Of a DNA stretch of 64,000 nt, positions 27,071-40,950 are shown piece after piece. The notes under the pieces are model-generated. The model had not been told where the DNA came from. It made no database searches and worked only from the letters and a program-made list of their open reading frames with translations. Origin of the DNA: Chrysomallon squamiferum (lineage: Eukaryota; Animalia; Mollusca); NCBI GenBank assembly GCA_012295275.1, contig CM022667.1, forward strand, positions 15,872,001 through 15,936,000. Reading direction: 5' to 3'. Both the position numbers and the translations under genes were made by a program. Numbering within the stretch: the stretch's first letter is position 1; the number at the start of each line of letters is the position of its first letter.

Positions 27071-27694
27071 CTGAAATGAAAAATTAAAAAAGAATTAAAA
27101 AAAAAAAAGGATTAATTTGAAGTGCAAATCCTTTGTATTTTCCTTCATTTTATTTTTCACTTTCTAATATACAAATCGGTACCTCTCACAGAATTATGTT
27201 ATTAATAATTAATAATGAATGAACGTTCCATTGAAAAAAATAAATACAAATTGTTAAAAGTCAAATATATAAATAGTGCACAAACAAGCAAAACGATGAA
27301 CGATTAAGAAAATCTATAAACACAGCAGAAACGTCTGTTAATCACAAAACAGGTAATATATCAAACGCATAATACTATAAGAGTGAGAAATGATTAGAAA
27401 AATTGTTCAGATAATTTTAATAATAAAAGAAACAACTATAATTGTAAATGTATCGCTTAACCAAAATATTAAGATTGCCCGTTAAAAAAAAAAAACGAAA
27501 AAAAAAAAAAAAAATTCGTTTATAATCAGAATTTAAAAAAAAATAAAAAAAAAAAAATTCGTTTATAATCAGAATTTAAAAAAAATATAAAAAATAACAA
27601 TAATAATAATAATTATTATTATTATTATTAAATAAATAAATAAAAAAGAAAAAAAAAAAATAGAAGAAAACAGTAAAAAACCCAGTTATCATAC

Positions 27695-27874
27695 CTTTAG
27701 CCTAAGTCAATTTAACAGCAAACGTTTTTTTTAATGTACAGTTTGATATTAATTTCTGTAAAGTTTAGCCAGAATTTTGTTTTAGTATAATGATTATCTT
27801 CTTCTGCACTATACAACATCTCGCTTGAGCGCTTCTGACAATCACGTTTTGTTAATATGGAATGTACACCGAAT
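27695..27874 (-). other. Copy B predicted non-coding exon 1 (proximal cassette); contains a 35-codon uORF starting at 27819
   Basis: Starts at Inr TCATTC (+1 at 27874) and ends AAG|GTATGA. Homologues at 29649-29803(-) and 63375-63534(+) keep the donor. Confidence 0.6.
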
Positions 27875-27905
27875 GATTACAAGCAAAGTCAGATGACAAT
27901 TTATA
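27871..27905 (-). promoter_or_regulatory. Core promoter P1: TATAAAT at -31 plus Inr TCA+1TTC
   Basis: TATA starts at 27905 and the Inr A is at 27874, giving canonical 31-nt spacing. The same spacing is seen in the 29.8 kb copy. Confidence 0.65.
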
Positions 27906-27908
27906 CCC

Positions 27909-27958
<50 letters not shown>

Positions 27959-27998
27959 AACAAAATTTAACATCAACAAACGAAAAGGAAGCACACAG

Positions 27999-28034
<36 letters not shown>

Positions 28035-29101
28035 CTTCAGAATGTATCTTTAAACGATTCATTCTAAGTCAAACCGATTAAAAAATAAACTAAATGTGGA
28101 ATTAATCCATGCCAAAATTAGACCAAGCGTTATATATTTAAATGCTTTGTTCTTGTGTCATTGCATACTTTGTGTACTTTGAAAATAATGTAGAATTAGT
28201 GTATATAATGTTTTTAAATGATTAACGTTGCAGGATCAATAGTATGTAGATAGAGATACATGAACCATTTCAGAGTTTAATTGTGGAAAATAATCTTGTC
28301 TTAAGAATGTAATCATTAATTAAATACAGAAAAGAGTTCTTCATTTTTTTTAATGTTTAGATAGCATGCAGAAACAGTCACAAAAAAAAAAAAACAAGCT
28401 GACATCATTTCAACGTCAAAAATTTATTAACATTGGTATTTCTTTTCATCATTTTTTACGTCTGAGGATCCATAAAGGAAAACATAAATATACCATGGCC
28501 TAAACAGACATTTACATACATGCGCACAAAATCTAGTTTCACAACTTTGCTGACAATTAACCAACTGATTGGGTTGCTATTTACTAAATTATTTCCTACA
28601 GCCAATAATATTAACAATGGTCTAAGCAATGCAGTTTTCAAAACTTACAGATAATTATAATTTTACTAAAAAAAGTAAGATAGGGTAGATCAGTTTATAA
28701 AATATATATCATATTCCTATTGAAAGTAAAACTGAAATAAATGAAAAAAGAAAAATGTTCTCTCTCTCTCTCTCTCTCTCTCTCATCGCAGCCATAAAAC
28801 AAACACAACAAAAAAGTAATTATAATAATAATAATAATGACTACAATAATAAAAATAATAATAATTTTAGAAATTAATTTTAATAGATTTTATCCATAGT
28901 ATTTTTTTATTGAAACTACAAGTAATTAAATAAATAAATAAATAAATAAATAAAAACTTCAAAAATTAACATAATACACAGCATAAATATTTTTTTAGAA
29001 TACAAATTAAAATAACTGCGACGTAATTTTAGTTCTTGATACATGTATTTTATTACACCACTGATTATATTGTATAACTATTGTATTTATTTGATACTTA
29101 C

Positions 29102-29141
29102 GGTTTCTCCAGAATATTCTTGCTCACAAATTTAAAAATTT
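29102..29141 (-). other. Duplicate non-coding exon 2 (distal cassette)
   Basis: ttttcatttcAG|40 nt|GTAAGT, both splice sites intact. Confidence 0.6.
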
Positions 29142-29648
29142 CTGAAATGAAAATGAGAAAAATATATATACATATATTTTTTGTGAAAAATTAATAAAGA
29201 ATTTAACAAAAATATAAAATAAAATAAAAATAAAAATTAATTTGAAGTGCAAACCCCTTTTATTTTGCGTTATGTTATTAATAATTAATAACTGATAATA
29301 AATGAAGATTCCATTGAAAAAATAAGTTGCTAAATATACAAACAGTGCAAAAACAAGTAAAAAGAAGAAAGATTTTAAAAATCTATAAAACACAGCAGAA
29401 ACATCTCTTAATAACAGAACAGATACTATATAATACGCATACTATATTATACCAGTGAGAAATAATTAGAATTTTTTCCAAATAATTTTCATAATTAAAT
29501 AAACAATTATCGTTATAAATGGAAAGTTTAAAAAAATAATAATAATTTTTCCCGTTAAAAACAAACAAACAAACAAAAAAAAAACAAACTGAAATTTAGA
29601 ATTTAAAATGTTTTTCTAAAAAAATAAAAAATAAAACAGATATCATAC

Positions 29649-29834
29649 CTTCAGCTTAATTCAATTTAACGGCACAAATTTTGAATTCGGAAATCTTTGA
29701 TACTAAACTTTTAACTAGAATTTTGTTTTAGTATAATGATTATCTTCTTCTGCACTAAACAATATCTCGCTTGAGCGCTTCTGACGAACACGCTTTGTTG
29801 AATGAATACAAGCAAAGTCAAATGACAATTTATA
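29649..29834 (-). promoter_or_regulatory. Core promoter P2 (TATAAAT at 29834, Inr +1 at 29803) and duplicate exon 1 (29649-29803)
   Basis: 31-nt TATA-Inr spacing and GAAG|GTATGA donor. The uORF ATG is changed to ATA in this copy. Confidence 0.6.
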
Positions 29835-29956
29835 CCCATATTTGGTTTTATGTCACGAATGTTGGCAAAAAAAAAAAAAAAAAAAAAACGAAAAAAAAAA
29901 CGAATGAAAAAAGAGAAAGATAGGGATGAGGTTGCAGAAAGTGTCACTTAAGAGGA

Positions 29957-30238
<282 letters not shown>

Positions 30239-30796
30239 CATGTTATTTATGCATAAACTTATATATAAAGTAGATATTTTTCCTACGTTTGTTTATTTCC
30301 CAGAATTTAGTTTATTTATTTATTTATCTGTTTTTCTTATGCCTGTGAAATATTTATAAAAATATATTTTTGAAAAATTCATTTACTATTATTAGTTGAG
30401 ATAGATACAAACAATTAAAACACTGATATCAAGCGAAATACAATATCTGTCTAGACTGATGAAAGCAGACGACCGTCCTGTCTCATAATAATATAAGTAT
30501 TAAAGAGTATCCAATTCTTTATCGCAAAGTCTAAAAAAAGCTATTTTATTCAGCTGCTTGAAAATGTCATGGCGGCCTTGCACGATGACAGTCGGAGATT
30601 GCCGAGTAGTGGACTATTACGATAATTATTTCATTCCTGTCAGTATTTGTATAAATATGATGATTAATGAATTAAACAAAGGAAAACGAGAGAAAAGATA
30701 AAAATAAAAAAAACAAGTGGGTGAGAGAGAGAGAGAGGACATTAAAACAGGACAAAAAGGTTAGAGAGTGGTGTTTAAAATATTATGACATCTTAT

Positions 30797-31732
30797 TAAA
30801 CAAAATTTAACATTAATAACAGAAAAGGAGGCACACACACATATAAATATTTAAACACTATGTTCTGTGTCATTGCACACCTTTTGTTGACTTTGAAAAT
30901 AATGTAGCAATAGTGTATAAAATTATGTATTTAAATGAGTAACGTTTCTAAATGTAATCTGGTTTACGTTTCAACAGTATGTAGATGCAGACATGAACCA
31001 TTTCAGAGTTTAATTGTAGAAAATAACCTCGTCTTAAGAATATAATCCTCAGTTAAATATAGAAAAAGTTCTTCATTATTTTGCCTTTAATCACCATGTA
31101 GAAACATTAAAAAACAAAAAAAAACCCCCACAAAAACATGTGTGTCTGAATGGGCATGTTTAAATGTGTATATGTGTATATTGTGTATATGTACGTGTTT
31201 ATATGTGTATCTATACATTATATATAGATAGCTAGACAGATGGATAGTCAAACGGTCATAATGACAGACAACAGAAACACGTACACACATACATCAAGTC
31301 AGACAATCAGTAAAATGTCAAAGAGAAAAACAAACATAAATGTCTGGAAAAAGAAAAAGAAAAACTTCTCAACCACACCATAGACGCATACACAGTCATG
31401 AATTAAGCTACAGTACGAAGATGAATGACGAAATATTTACAATATCTGTTTATCTCTAACTATTGTTAACTGTCTGCACTGTATGTACACCTGTCTGCCT
31501 GTCTCTCCATCCATTTTCCTACATTCATCCACTGAAGTCTCTCTGTCTGTGTTTCTGTCTGTGTTTCTATCTGTTTCTGTCCCTATATTTATTAATTTAC
31601 ATGTATCAGTAATTACATGTGTGTTTATCTGTCTTTCTATCGAAGTGTTCTATAGTTTCTCTGTCTTTTTAGCTGTCTGTCTATCTAGCAGATCCATTTT
31701 TCTCCTTCTGTTATTATATTTGCTGTGTATAA

Positions 31733-31787
<55 letters not shown>

Positions 31788-32506
31788 TGTGTGTGTGACA
31801 TAAAAATATTGTGAAATGTTGGTTTATGGACTGAACAGGCTGACAAAATATAAATATAATTACATTTTTTAAAACCCAAAAATGTTTTTTTTTTATATAA
31901 ATAGATTTACCGATTGAAATATAACTGCTAGCACAGGAATGCAAAATGCAAATGGAGATTCGGGGTTTTTGACACTGCAATGTTTTAGAACGGCACTGCG
32001 ATTTATTGAACTGAATTTTCTATCTATCAGTTCTAAGTTGATGAAGAGAAAATGAAATCATACCAACGCATCCGTTTACCGTAAAAACTTATACATTTAT
32101 TTTTCTACCCCAAGCCGATCGGCGGTTTTTAAACTAATACAACACCTGAATTATTTATTAACATTTGTATTATTTTGATGTTACCATGGTCTAAACAGAC
32201 ATACGCTTACATGCGTACATTACATCCAACAGGAATGACCGTGGTTATAGCACAGTTCCAGTTAAGAACTTTGCTGATAGTTAACCAACTGATGGATTGC
32301 TAGTTACTAAATTATTTTCTACAGCCAATAATATTAACAATGGTCTAAGCAATACACTTTTCAAATTGTAATATAGATAATTATAAGTTTACTAAAAACA
32401 TAAATTATACATATATGTGGTTTTACGTCACGAATGTTTGCAAAATAATATAAAACAAAAATAAAGGTGTTCAGAAAGTTTTAGTTAAGAGGAGTGTGAG
32501 TGTGTA

Positions 32507-32520
<14 letters not shown>
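30797..32520 (-). repeat. Third, degenerate 5' cassette: intron-2 sequence fused to promoter-upstream sequence, exons 1-2 missing
   Basis: Begins with the same ttaaacaaaatttaacat...gaaaagga.gcacaca junction as 27956. Matches 24.6-26.45 kb, then jumps at ~32400 to the homologue of 29830-29970. Confidence 0.75.
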
Positions 32521-32544
<24 letters not shown>

Positions 32545-33019
32545 GGTGCCACATTAAACGGAAGAAAAGAAAAAATAACATCTGTGTCTATCCATTGAAG
32601 GGGAAAACAATAAAATCGATATGCCGTCTACTTCTCTTTCTTTGATTTCTCTTTGTTCTGTAGTACATGTATTTTTTTACTTCTTTTAATTTCTTTTTCT
32701 TCATCATTCTTTTTTTTTTTATCGCAGCCTTTTCCCTCTGTTTCTTCTTCATTTTCTTTCACTTCATCTTCTTGTTTAAGGTGTGTTAATTATGTATTAC
32801 AGTAACAGTCACACACGTACTCGCAAACACACACACAAACGCACACAGACACACACCACATCTCATGGTTTCGAATTATATAATTTGGTTCGTGGATGAT
32901 GACTAACAAATGATGTGCAAATATATTTGAAGGCTGACCTTTTTATTTCCTTCTGCATTCCTACACACACCGCCACCCCCCCCCCCACCCCACACATATA
33001 TACATATATGATGTGTATT

Positions 33020-33187
33020 GTCCCCAGTATATTAAAAACGGATTACTCAGCGTTTTGCATATTGATGTAACACCATCTTGCCCACGATACTTGCCTGTAT
33101 TACTTACGTAGATAAATACGTATTTCGTAATACACTGAATAACAGAAACATTAGATAGACAGACAAATAGATAGATAGAGAGTAAAG

Positions 33188-33258
<71 letters not shown>

Positions 33259-33877
33259 CAGATGGATAGATAGGTAGGTAGATAGATGTATATGTGTATA
33301 TAATGTATTTGCTACAGGCAATGTTTAAAATCAGACACCAAGTAAATTGCCGGTCTTTTGAAGGTAATTTCTCGACATATTGCATGAAATGAAAGTTGCA
33401 TCATTTATTCTACCTGTAGAAATAAAAAAGAAAAAGAAAAGAAAAAAGAAAAGAAAGACACTAAAGCCGAACTACAAGGACGATCGCACCTGAAACAAAC
33501 GCTTGTAGGGTACTGATACACTTTGGACCGCGCACCTGTTACGCCAGAGAAATCGAGATCGACAGATGTGTCCCGCGCTAAAAACAGAACAGCCGTAAGT
33601 AGACCGTTGATGCAACATTACATTAGGTCAGTGATAGCATGCATGTTTATATTATATATGTCAGTTTGTTCGGGTGTGTCTGTGTGTGTATGTATGTATG
33701 TGTGTTTGTGTATGTAAGTTATGTTTGTATATATATATATATGTGTGTGTGTATGTATGTATGTATGTATATGTGTGTATATGTATGTGTGTATGTATGT
33801 ACGTATGTATGAGTGTATGTATGTATGTATTTATGTATGTGTGTATGTATGTATGTATGTATGTATGTATGTATGTA

Positions 33878-33908
<31 letters not shown>

Positions 33909-33925
33909 GTGCGTGTATGTATGTA

Positions 33926-33962
<37 letters not shown>

Positions 33963-34069
33963 GTGTGTATGTATGTATGTATGTGTGTGTATGTATGTAT
34001 GTATGTATGTATGTATGTATGTATGTATGTATGTATGTGTATGTGTGTGTGTATGTATGTATGTATGTA

Positions 34070-34102
<33 letters not shown>

Positions 34103-37100
34103 ATGTATGTATGTGTGTATGTATGTATGTATGTATGTATGTATGTGTATGTATGTGTGTGTGTATGTATGTATGTATGTATGTATGTATGTATGTATGT
34201 ATGTATGTGTATGTATGTATGTATGTATGTATGTATGTATGTATGTATGTATGTATGTATGTATATGATATGTATGTATGTATGTAACTATAAAAGCGTT
34301 AATGCATGGATGAATAATGGATGGACTTAAATAATAAATTATATTATAAATAAAAAAAAATCCAATAGCTGTGTTTTGTTTCTTCCATCAGGGTGTATCA
34401 CTGTCATCTGTTCCACGTGATCACATAGATAAATAATAATACAATACAAGAGAACAACAAACCCAAATATGGTTCATAAAATAAACGACAAAAAGATGTG
34501 TAATCTGTCTCCTAGTGGAAACACGAGATGAATTTCTTATGAGAGTGTAAAGAGTTTTAAGAAGAAAATTTCTGAAGCGATTCAAATCTTCCAGTTCTGT
34601 CCTACATGTTTATAACACTCGCTGACTTAAGTGCACTTAGATCAACAGAACGATTGGGCGCTATCAGATTTTTAAAACAAAGCACAAGGGAAAAAGAACT
34701 AATCTTCGTGAGTATTTTATTTAATACAAAGGATCAGTATGGTATATATTTCAAGCTAAAACGTAAAGAATGTATGTCAGTGTGCCATGTGGTCTATAAA
34801 TACGTTTAATAAATCTGATAAGGCCAAGGTTGCAAGCACTCAGCAAATCACGTGAAGTGTGCATTGCTGCGTTTGTCCAGCTGAGTGGTCAGTGATGCAT
34901 AATAAACGTGCATAGTTTAACACTGATTTAAACGCACATGATTCATTTTTAATCAAAAACAGCAAAACAGCAAAATAAAATAAATTTAAAAATAATAAAT
35001 TAAATTTGAAAAACGGCTATAAAGCCAAATCAAATAAGAAAACAAAACATGTTTTTTTATAAATAAAAAGCATAAAAATGCATTAATATATGCATGCCTT
35101 AAGAAATGTCCGTAATGTTTTTCTCATTAAGCGATATTTTTATTATTCTACCGTTTTAACTCATTCTAAAAGTTATTTATTATTTTGGTCCGAAGTGTCA
35201 TTTTATGGTTTAAAGAATTCATAATGATTTACATTTGAATGATCATATTCACTAAGCTATTTGTCATCTATTCGATACTCTTTAAGATGTCTGTACCATT
35301 CTACCCATTGCTCATTAAAAATAATAATAAAATAAATAAAATAAATAAAATAAATAAAATAAATAAATAAAATAAAGTAAAGGTCACTGATGTCAAACAT
35401 AAGCAGTATAAATTCAGATTCAAAGAATTTAAGATTTATTCCCATTATTTTCATATCTAACAAATGTTTTGAATTCATTAATAGTTGAAAACAAGTTGCA
35501 TGGTTCAAAGAATGTGTGATAGTGGAAAGACGGTTGACAACACGATTACTGGTTATTACAGATTTTTTTAAAGTATTCAGATGAAATGCTGGCTGAAAAA
35601 AAAAGCAGAAGAAACAAAGAACTAATTTTCATGGATCTTTCATTTAAGTAAAAAGGGTTAGTATATTATATATTTCAAGCTAAAACGTGAAGAATGTATG
35701 TCAGTGTGACACATTGTCTATAAATTCATTGATAAATTTGATACGGCCAAGGTTGCAAGTACTCGGCAAATCACGTGAAGCGCACATTGCTGCAGTTCTA
35801 CAACCGACTGATCAATGAAACATAATAAACATGCATAGTTTAACACTGATTTAAACACACATAACTGATTATTAATCAAAGTAAACAAATTGGCTAATCA
35901 GCAGACACATGTTTAGTATTAAATGTGTTTATGTTTCAGATTTCATTTCTTTTATGTAATTGCTGGGGTCATTTTTATTTTTTATTTTTTATGTTATTAT
36001 TATTTTTGTTTTTTTCACCTAAGAATATAGGCAAGGATTCCTTCTGGATTCGTTCATTGCAAAATGTTTTAATAGAAGAATAGGTAAATAAACAAAAGAA
36101 ATTTAAAAATAATAAATTAAAACTGAAAAAAGGCTATAAAGACAAATCAAATAGAACAAAACATAGACACTCATTAATATAAGCATAACTTAAGAAACGC
36201 CAGTAATGGTTTTTTCTCATTAAGCGACACATTTATTATTCTACCGTTCTAACTCATTCTAAAAGTTATGCTGTTCTTTTGGTCCGAAGTGTCATTTTAT
36301 GGTTTAAAGAATTTATAACGATTTACATTTTTGTTGCAGTCACAGAGCAAAATATTGGGAAACAAGTGAACGGTCATATTCACTAAGCTGTTTGTCATCT
36401 ATTCAATATTCTTAAGATGTTTGTACCATTCTACCCATTGCTCATTAAAAATAATAATAAAATAAATTAAATAAAGTAAACGTGACTGATGTCAAACATC
36501 AGCAGTATAAATTCAGATTCAAAGAATTTAAGATTTGTTCCCATTATTTTCATATCTAACAAATGTTTTGAATTGATTACTAGTTGAAATCAAGTTGCAT
36601 GGTTCAAAGAATGTGTGATAGTGGAAAGACGGTTGACAACACGATTACTGGTTGTTACAGATTTTTAAAGTATTCAGATGAAATGCTGACTGAAAAAACA
36701 AAACAAAAAACAAAGCAGATATAAAACAAAGATTTAATTTTCGTGAGAATGTCACTGAAGGAAAAAGGATCAGTATATTATATATTTCAAGCTAAAACGT
36801 GAAGAATGTATGTCAGTGTGACATATTGTCTATAAATTCATTGATAAATTTGATACGGCCAAGATTGCAAGTACTCGACAAATCACGTGAAGAGCGCATT
36901 GCTGCAGTTCTACAGGTGACTGATCTGTGATACATAATAAATGTGAATAGTTTAACACTGATTTAAAAATATATGATACATTTTTAATTCAAAATCACGC
37001 ACACGCACGCACACACACAGACATATATATATATATATATATTACGTGTATTCTCCCAGTATATTAAAAACGTATTACTCAGCGTTTTGCATATTGATGT

Positions 37101-37797
37101 AACACCATCTTGCCCACGATACTTGCCTGTATTACATACGTAGTTAAGTACGTGTTTCGTAATCTTTACACTGAATAACAGAAAAATTAACATTTCACAC
37201 ACACACAGAGAGAGAGAGAGAGAGATACAGGTATATATAGTATATATGTTACAGACTATGTGTACAATCAGGCAACAGGTAAATTGCTGGACTTTTCAAT
37301 GTAATTTCTCGACTTATTTGCCTGAAATGAGAGATGCATCATTTATATTGAATGTACAACTAAAATAAAATAAATTTAAAAAAAAAATAGAGCTGAACTA
37401 CCAGGACGATCGCACCTGAAACAAACGCTTGTAGGGTACTGATACACTTTGGACCGCGCACCTGTTACGCCAGAGAAATCGAGATCGACAGATGATGTGT
37501 CCCGCGCTAAAAACAGAACAGCCGTAAGTAGACCGTTGATGCAACATTACATTAGGTCAGTGATAGCATGCATGTATATATTATATATGTCAGTGTGTTT
37601 GGGTGTGTCTGTGTCTGTGTGTATGTATGTATTCATATATGTGTTAACGTATGGATGAATAATGGATGGATGTAAATAATGAGCTATATTATAAATAATG
37701 AAGTGTGTGTGTGTGTGTGTGTGCGTGCGTGTGTGTGTGTGTGAGAGTGTGTTTTTTCTGGGAGGGCTAGGTGGTAACATAGATCATAATGGGAAAC

Positions 37798-37855
<58 letters not shown>

Positions 37856-37983
37856 CGGGGTTATGACATATTATTTCAGCTGAAATTAGTTGTGTCATGA
37901 CCTGGCGAATGGCTGAATAACGTGAGAGTGACAAATATAGTGACAGAAAGGTGAGCGACATTATACCAATATATTCTGATATA

Positions 37984-38042
<59 letters not shown>

Positions 38043-38188
38043 CTGTGTATTTATGTACGGATGTAACGATAAAAGCTAATAGATGGACGTAAATAATGAT
38101 TTATATTATAAAAAATAAAGTGTGTGTATGTGTGTTTGTGTTTTCTTGGAGGGCTAGTTTGTAACAATGTTTTATTATTATAATTATA

Positions 38189-38245
<57 letters not shown>

Positions 38246-38450
38246 CGCGGTTATGTCATATTTTCCCGTTGAAATTAAATGTTTCATCATCTGGCAGAGG
38301 GCGAATGGCTGAATAACGTAAAAAAAAGATAAATACAGTTAACAAAATTTTAACGAGCCAATTAGATTTTTGCTGGGTGAATCAGTTGGCCTACTTTTAT
38401 TTTTCCATCAAGGCGACTCACTGTCAACTGTTCACGTGATCACAAAGACC

Positions 38451-38482
<32 letters not shown>

Positions 38483-38590
38483 TTAATAAAATAAACAAAA
38501 AAAAAGTGCAGCGTCTGTCTCCTAGTGCAACAAGAGATGCATTTCTGATGGGCGTGTAGAGAATTTAAGAAGTAGAAGAAAAACCTGAGC
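33020..38590. repeat. Nested tandem duplications of upstream and downstream flank sequence
   Basis: 33020-33690 recurs at 37050-37625; the CpG-rich core 33478-33660 and 37403-37590 is near identical. A ~1.1 kb downstream-flank unit is repeated at ~34690-35600 and ~35600-36700, and partially at 36700-36970. Confidence 0.85.
33680..34285. repeat. Compound (TATG)n/(TG)n microsatellite, ~600 bp
   Basis: Directly visible. Confidence 0.98.
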
Positions 38591-39108
38591 CTTATGGAAA
38601 CTAAACTGAAAGCGAGATACGTACATGACCCGTGCAGTAAGGTGCGTACGTAATCAGACACGTGAACGGATACGTCTATGCGAAACATGTCTGTTATTTC
38701 ATTGTTCTGCGCGAACTGGCATCGGTCGTAACAACGTATGACACTAACATGATACTTTTACAATTCACCTGAAAGCCGCATTTTACCCTTTATCAATCAG
38801 GGTTGTGACGTCTTCGTGTCAGCTGTCGCCGGATGCTTCTGTGTGTGTGTCTGTCTGTCTGTGTGTGTGTATATGTCTGTGTATGTGTGTATATATGTGT
38901 GTGTTTGTGTCTGTGTGTGTGTGTTTGTGTCTGTGTGTGTGTGTGTGTATGTGTGTGTGTGTGTTGGTGGGGTTTTTTTTAGTGTTTTTTTTTCTTTTCC
39001 TTTTTCTGACATCACTTGAAGAAACATTATTTTAAGACTGTACTGTTTTGTTGGCACACTTTATTATTAATAAAGACTACACGCCAAAACAAATAATTTC
39101 AATCAGGT

Positions 39109-39198
<90 letters not shown>

Positions 39199-39523
39199 AT
39201 TATCATTACAGAGTTGTCATTTAAAACAAATTAATAAAACAAATTGTTAAAAGCTACAAAAATGTGTAAACTATTTTTTTAGAACATGTAAACGTTTTTG
39301 TGTTAAAGATTTAAAAACAAAGTCAAGTGCAATATCATGGTAGGAATCATTTATGAATATGTTAGCTAAATAATGTGTGTGTGTATTTGTGTGTGTGTGT
39401 GTGTGCGCGCGCGCATGCGAACATCCATTCAGTGAGTTGGTATGTGGATGGGGCTATGAGTGGAGTTAAGTGCGTCTGAGAAAAAAAATGAGGGATCTGT
39501 GATGTCAGAGAAAAGAGAAAATA

Positions 39524-39574
<51 letters not shown>

Positions 39575-40915
39575 AAATGAAAATAATATTTTTGAATATT
39601 GTGACTAGATGTGAAGCGATTCAAAATCTTCCTTATTCTGTCCTACATGTTTATAAAACTCGCTGACTTACGTGCACTTAGATAAACAGAACCATTGTGC
39701 GCTATCAGATTTTTGAAAACAAAGCACAAGGCAAAAATAACTAATCTTCGTGAGAATTTCGCTGAAGAAAAAAGGATCAGTACAGTGTATATTTCACGCT
39801 AAAACGTGAAGAATGTATGTCAGTGTGCCACGTGGTCTATAAATAATTTTAATAAATCTGATATGGCCAAGGTTGCAAGGACTCGGCAAATCACGTGAAG
39901 TGCGCATTGCTGCATTTGTCCAGCTGAGTGATCAGTGAAACATAATAAACGTGCATAGTTTAACATTGATTTAAACACACATGATTCATTTTTAATCAAA
40001 ATCATCAAACCTTCTATTCGGTGGAAACATGTTTAGTTTTATATTTGTTTATGTTTCAATTTTCATTTCTTTTATGTAATTGCTGGGGTCTTTCTTTTTA
40101 TTTATTTATTTTATTTTTATTATTTACAATTAAGAATACAGGCAAGGTTTCCTTTTGATGTTCGTTGAATACGAAATGCTTTAACAGAAGAATAAATATT
40201 TAAATAAATAAAATAAATAAATAACAGAAATTAAAAATAATAAATTGAAATTGAAAAAAAAAATAATAATAATAAAAATAAATAAATAAATAAAATGTGC
40301 ATCTATAAAGGAAATTGAAACATAACAAAGCATAGACACTCATTAATATATACATTCCTTAAGAAACGCCCATAATGTTTTTCTCTTATTAAGTGATATT
40401 TTTATTATTCTACCTTAGTAACTCATTCTAAAACGTACAATTTTTTGGTCCAAAGTGTCATTTTATAGTTTAAAGAATTCATAACGATTTACATTTTTGT
40501 TGCAATCACAGAGTAAAATACTGGGAAACAAGCTATTTCTCAGCTATTCGATACTCTTAAGACTGTTTAAACCATTCTACCCACTGCTCATTAAAATTAA
40601 TAATAAAATAAATAAATGAAACAATTTTAAAAAATAAAAATAAACGCCATTGATATCATATATAAGCTGTATAGATTTAGATGCAGAGAATTTAAGAACT
40701 TTTCTCATTACATGGCTTTAAGACTATAATTTTCAGTTATAACAAATACTTTGAATTCTTTAATAGTTTGAGAACAAGTTGTCTGGCTCAAAGAATATGT
40801 GATAGTTGATAGACAATAGCGATTACTGGTTTATTAAGGGACCCGGTGAAAAAATAAGATTAGAAAGATAAAATGTGTGTATGTATATATATATATATGT
40901 GTGTATATCTATACA

Positions 40916-40950
<35 letters not shown>

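Larger units (their letters stand above)
12695..27290 (-). repeat. Right arm of large imperfect inverted duplication containing copy B
   Basis: Mirror of 1-11463 with extra segments, e.g. ~15005-15350, ~19850-21350, ~21535-21800 and ~22450-23200. Confidence 0.88.
27956..29860 (-). repeat. Tandem duplicate of the copy B 5' region (intron-2 parts, exon 2, intron 1, exon 1, promoter)
   Basis: 28030-28390 matches 24440-24780, 28420-29560 matches 26210-27480, and 29640-29840 matches 27685-27910. Confidence 0.85.

Noticed and set aside
1-27290. Palindrome as a chimeric-read or haplotig assembly artefact
   Set aside because: The arms differ by many substitutions and kb-scale indels, far more than expected for fold-back reads, and further diverged copies exist elsewhere in the window.
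34690-36970. Regularly recurring module as a CRISPR-like or structured-RNA array
   Set aside because: The units are ~1.1-kb segmental duplicates with homologous rather than unique spacers, in a eukaryotic locus. No tRNA/rRNA fold or Pol III boxes were recognised.
33523-37658. Repeated short ORFs MDRAPVTPEKSRS (33523, 37449), also MQHTTT (3927, 22117) and MYFA (20233, 46833)
   Set aside because: Similarity comes from DNA duplication of non-coding flanks or introns. The frames are not preserved in the more diverged copies, and some start at TTG.
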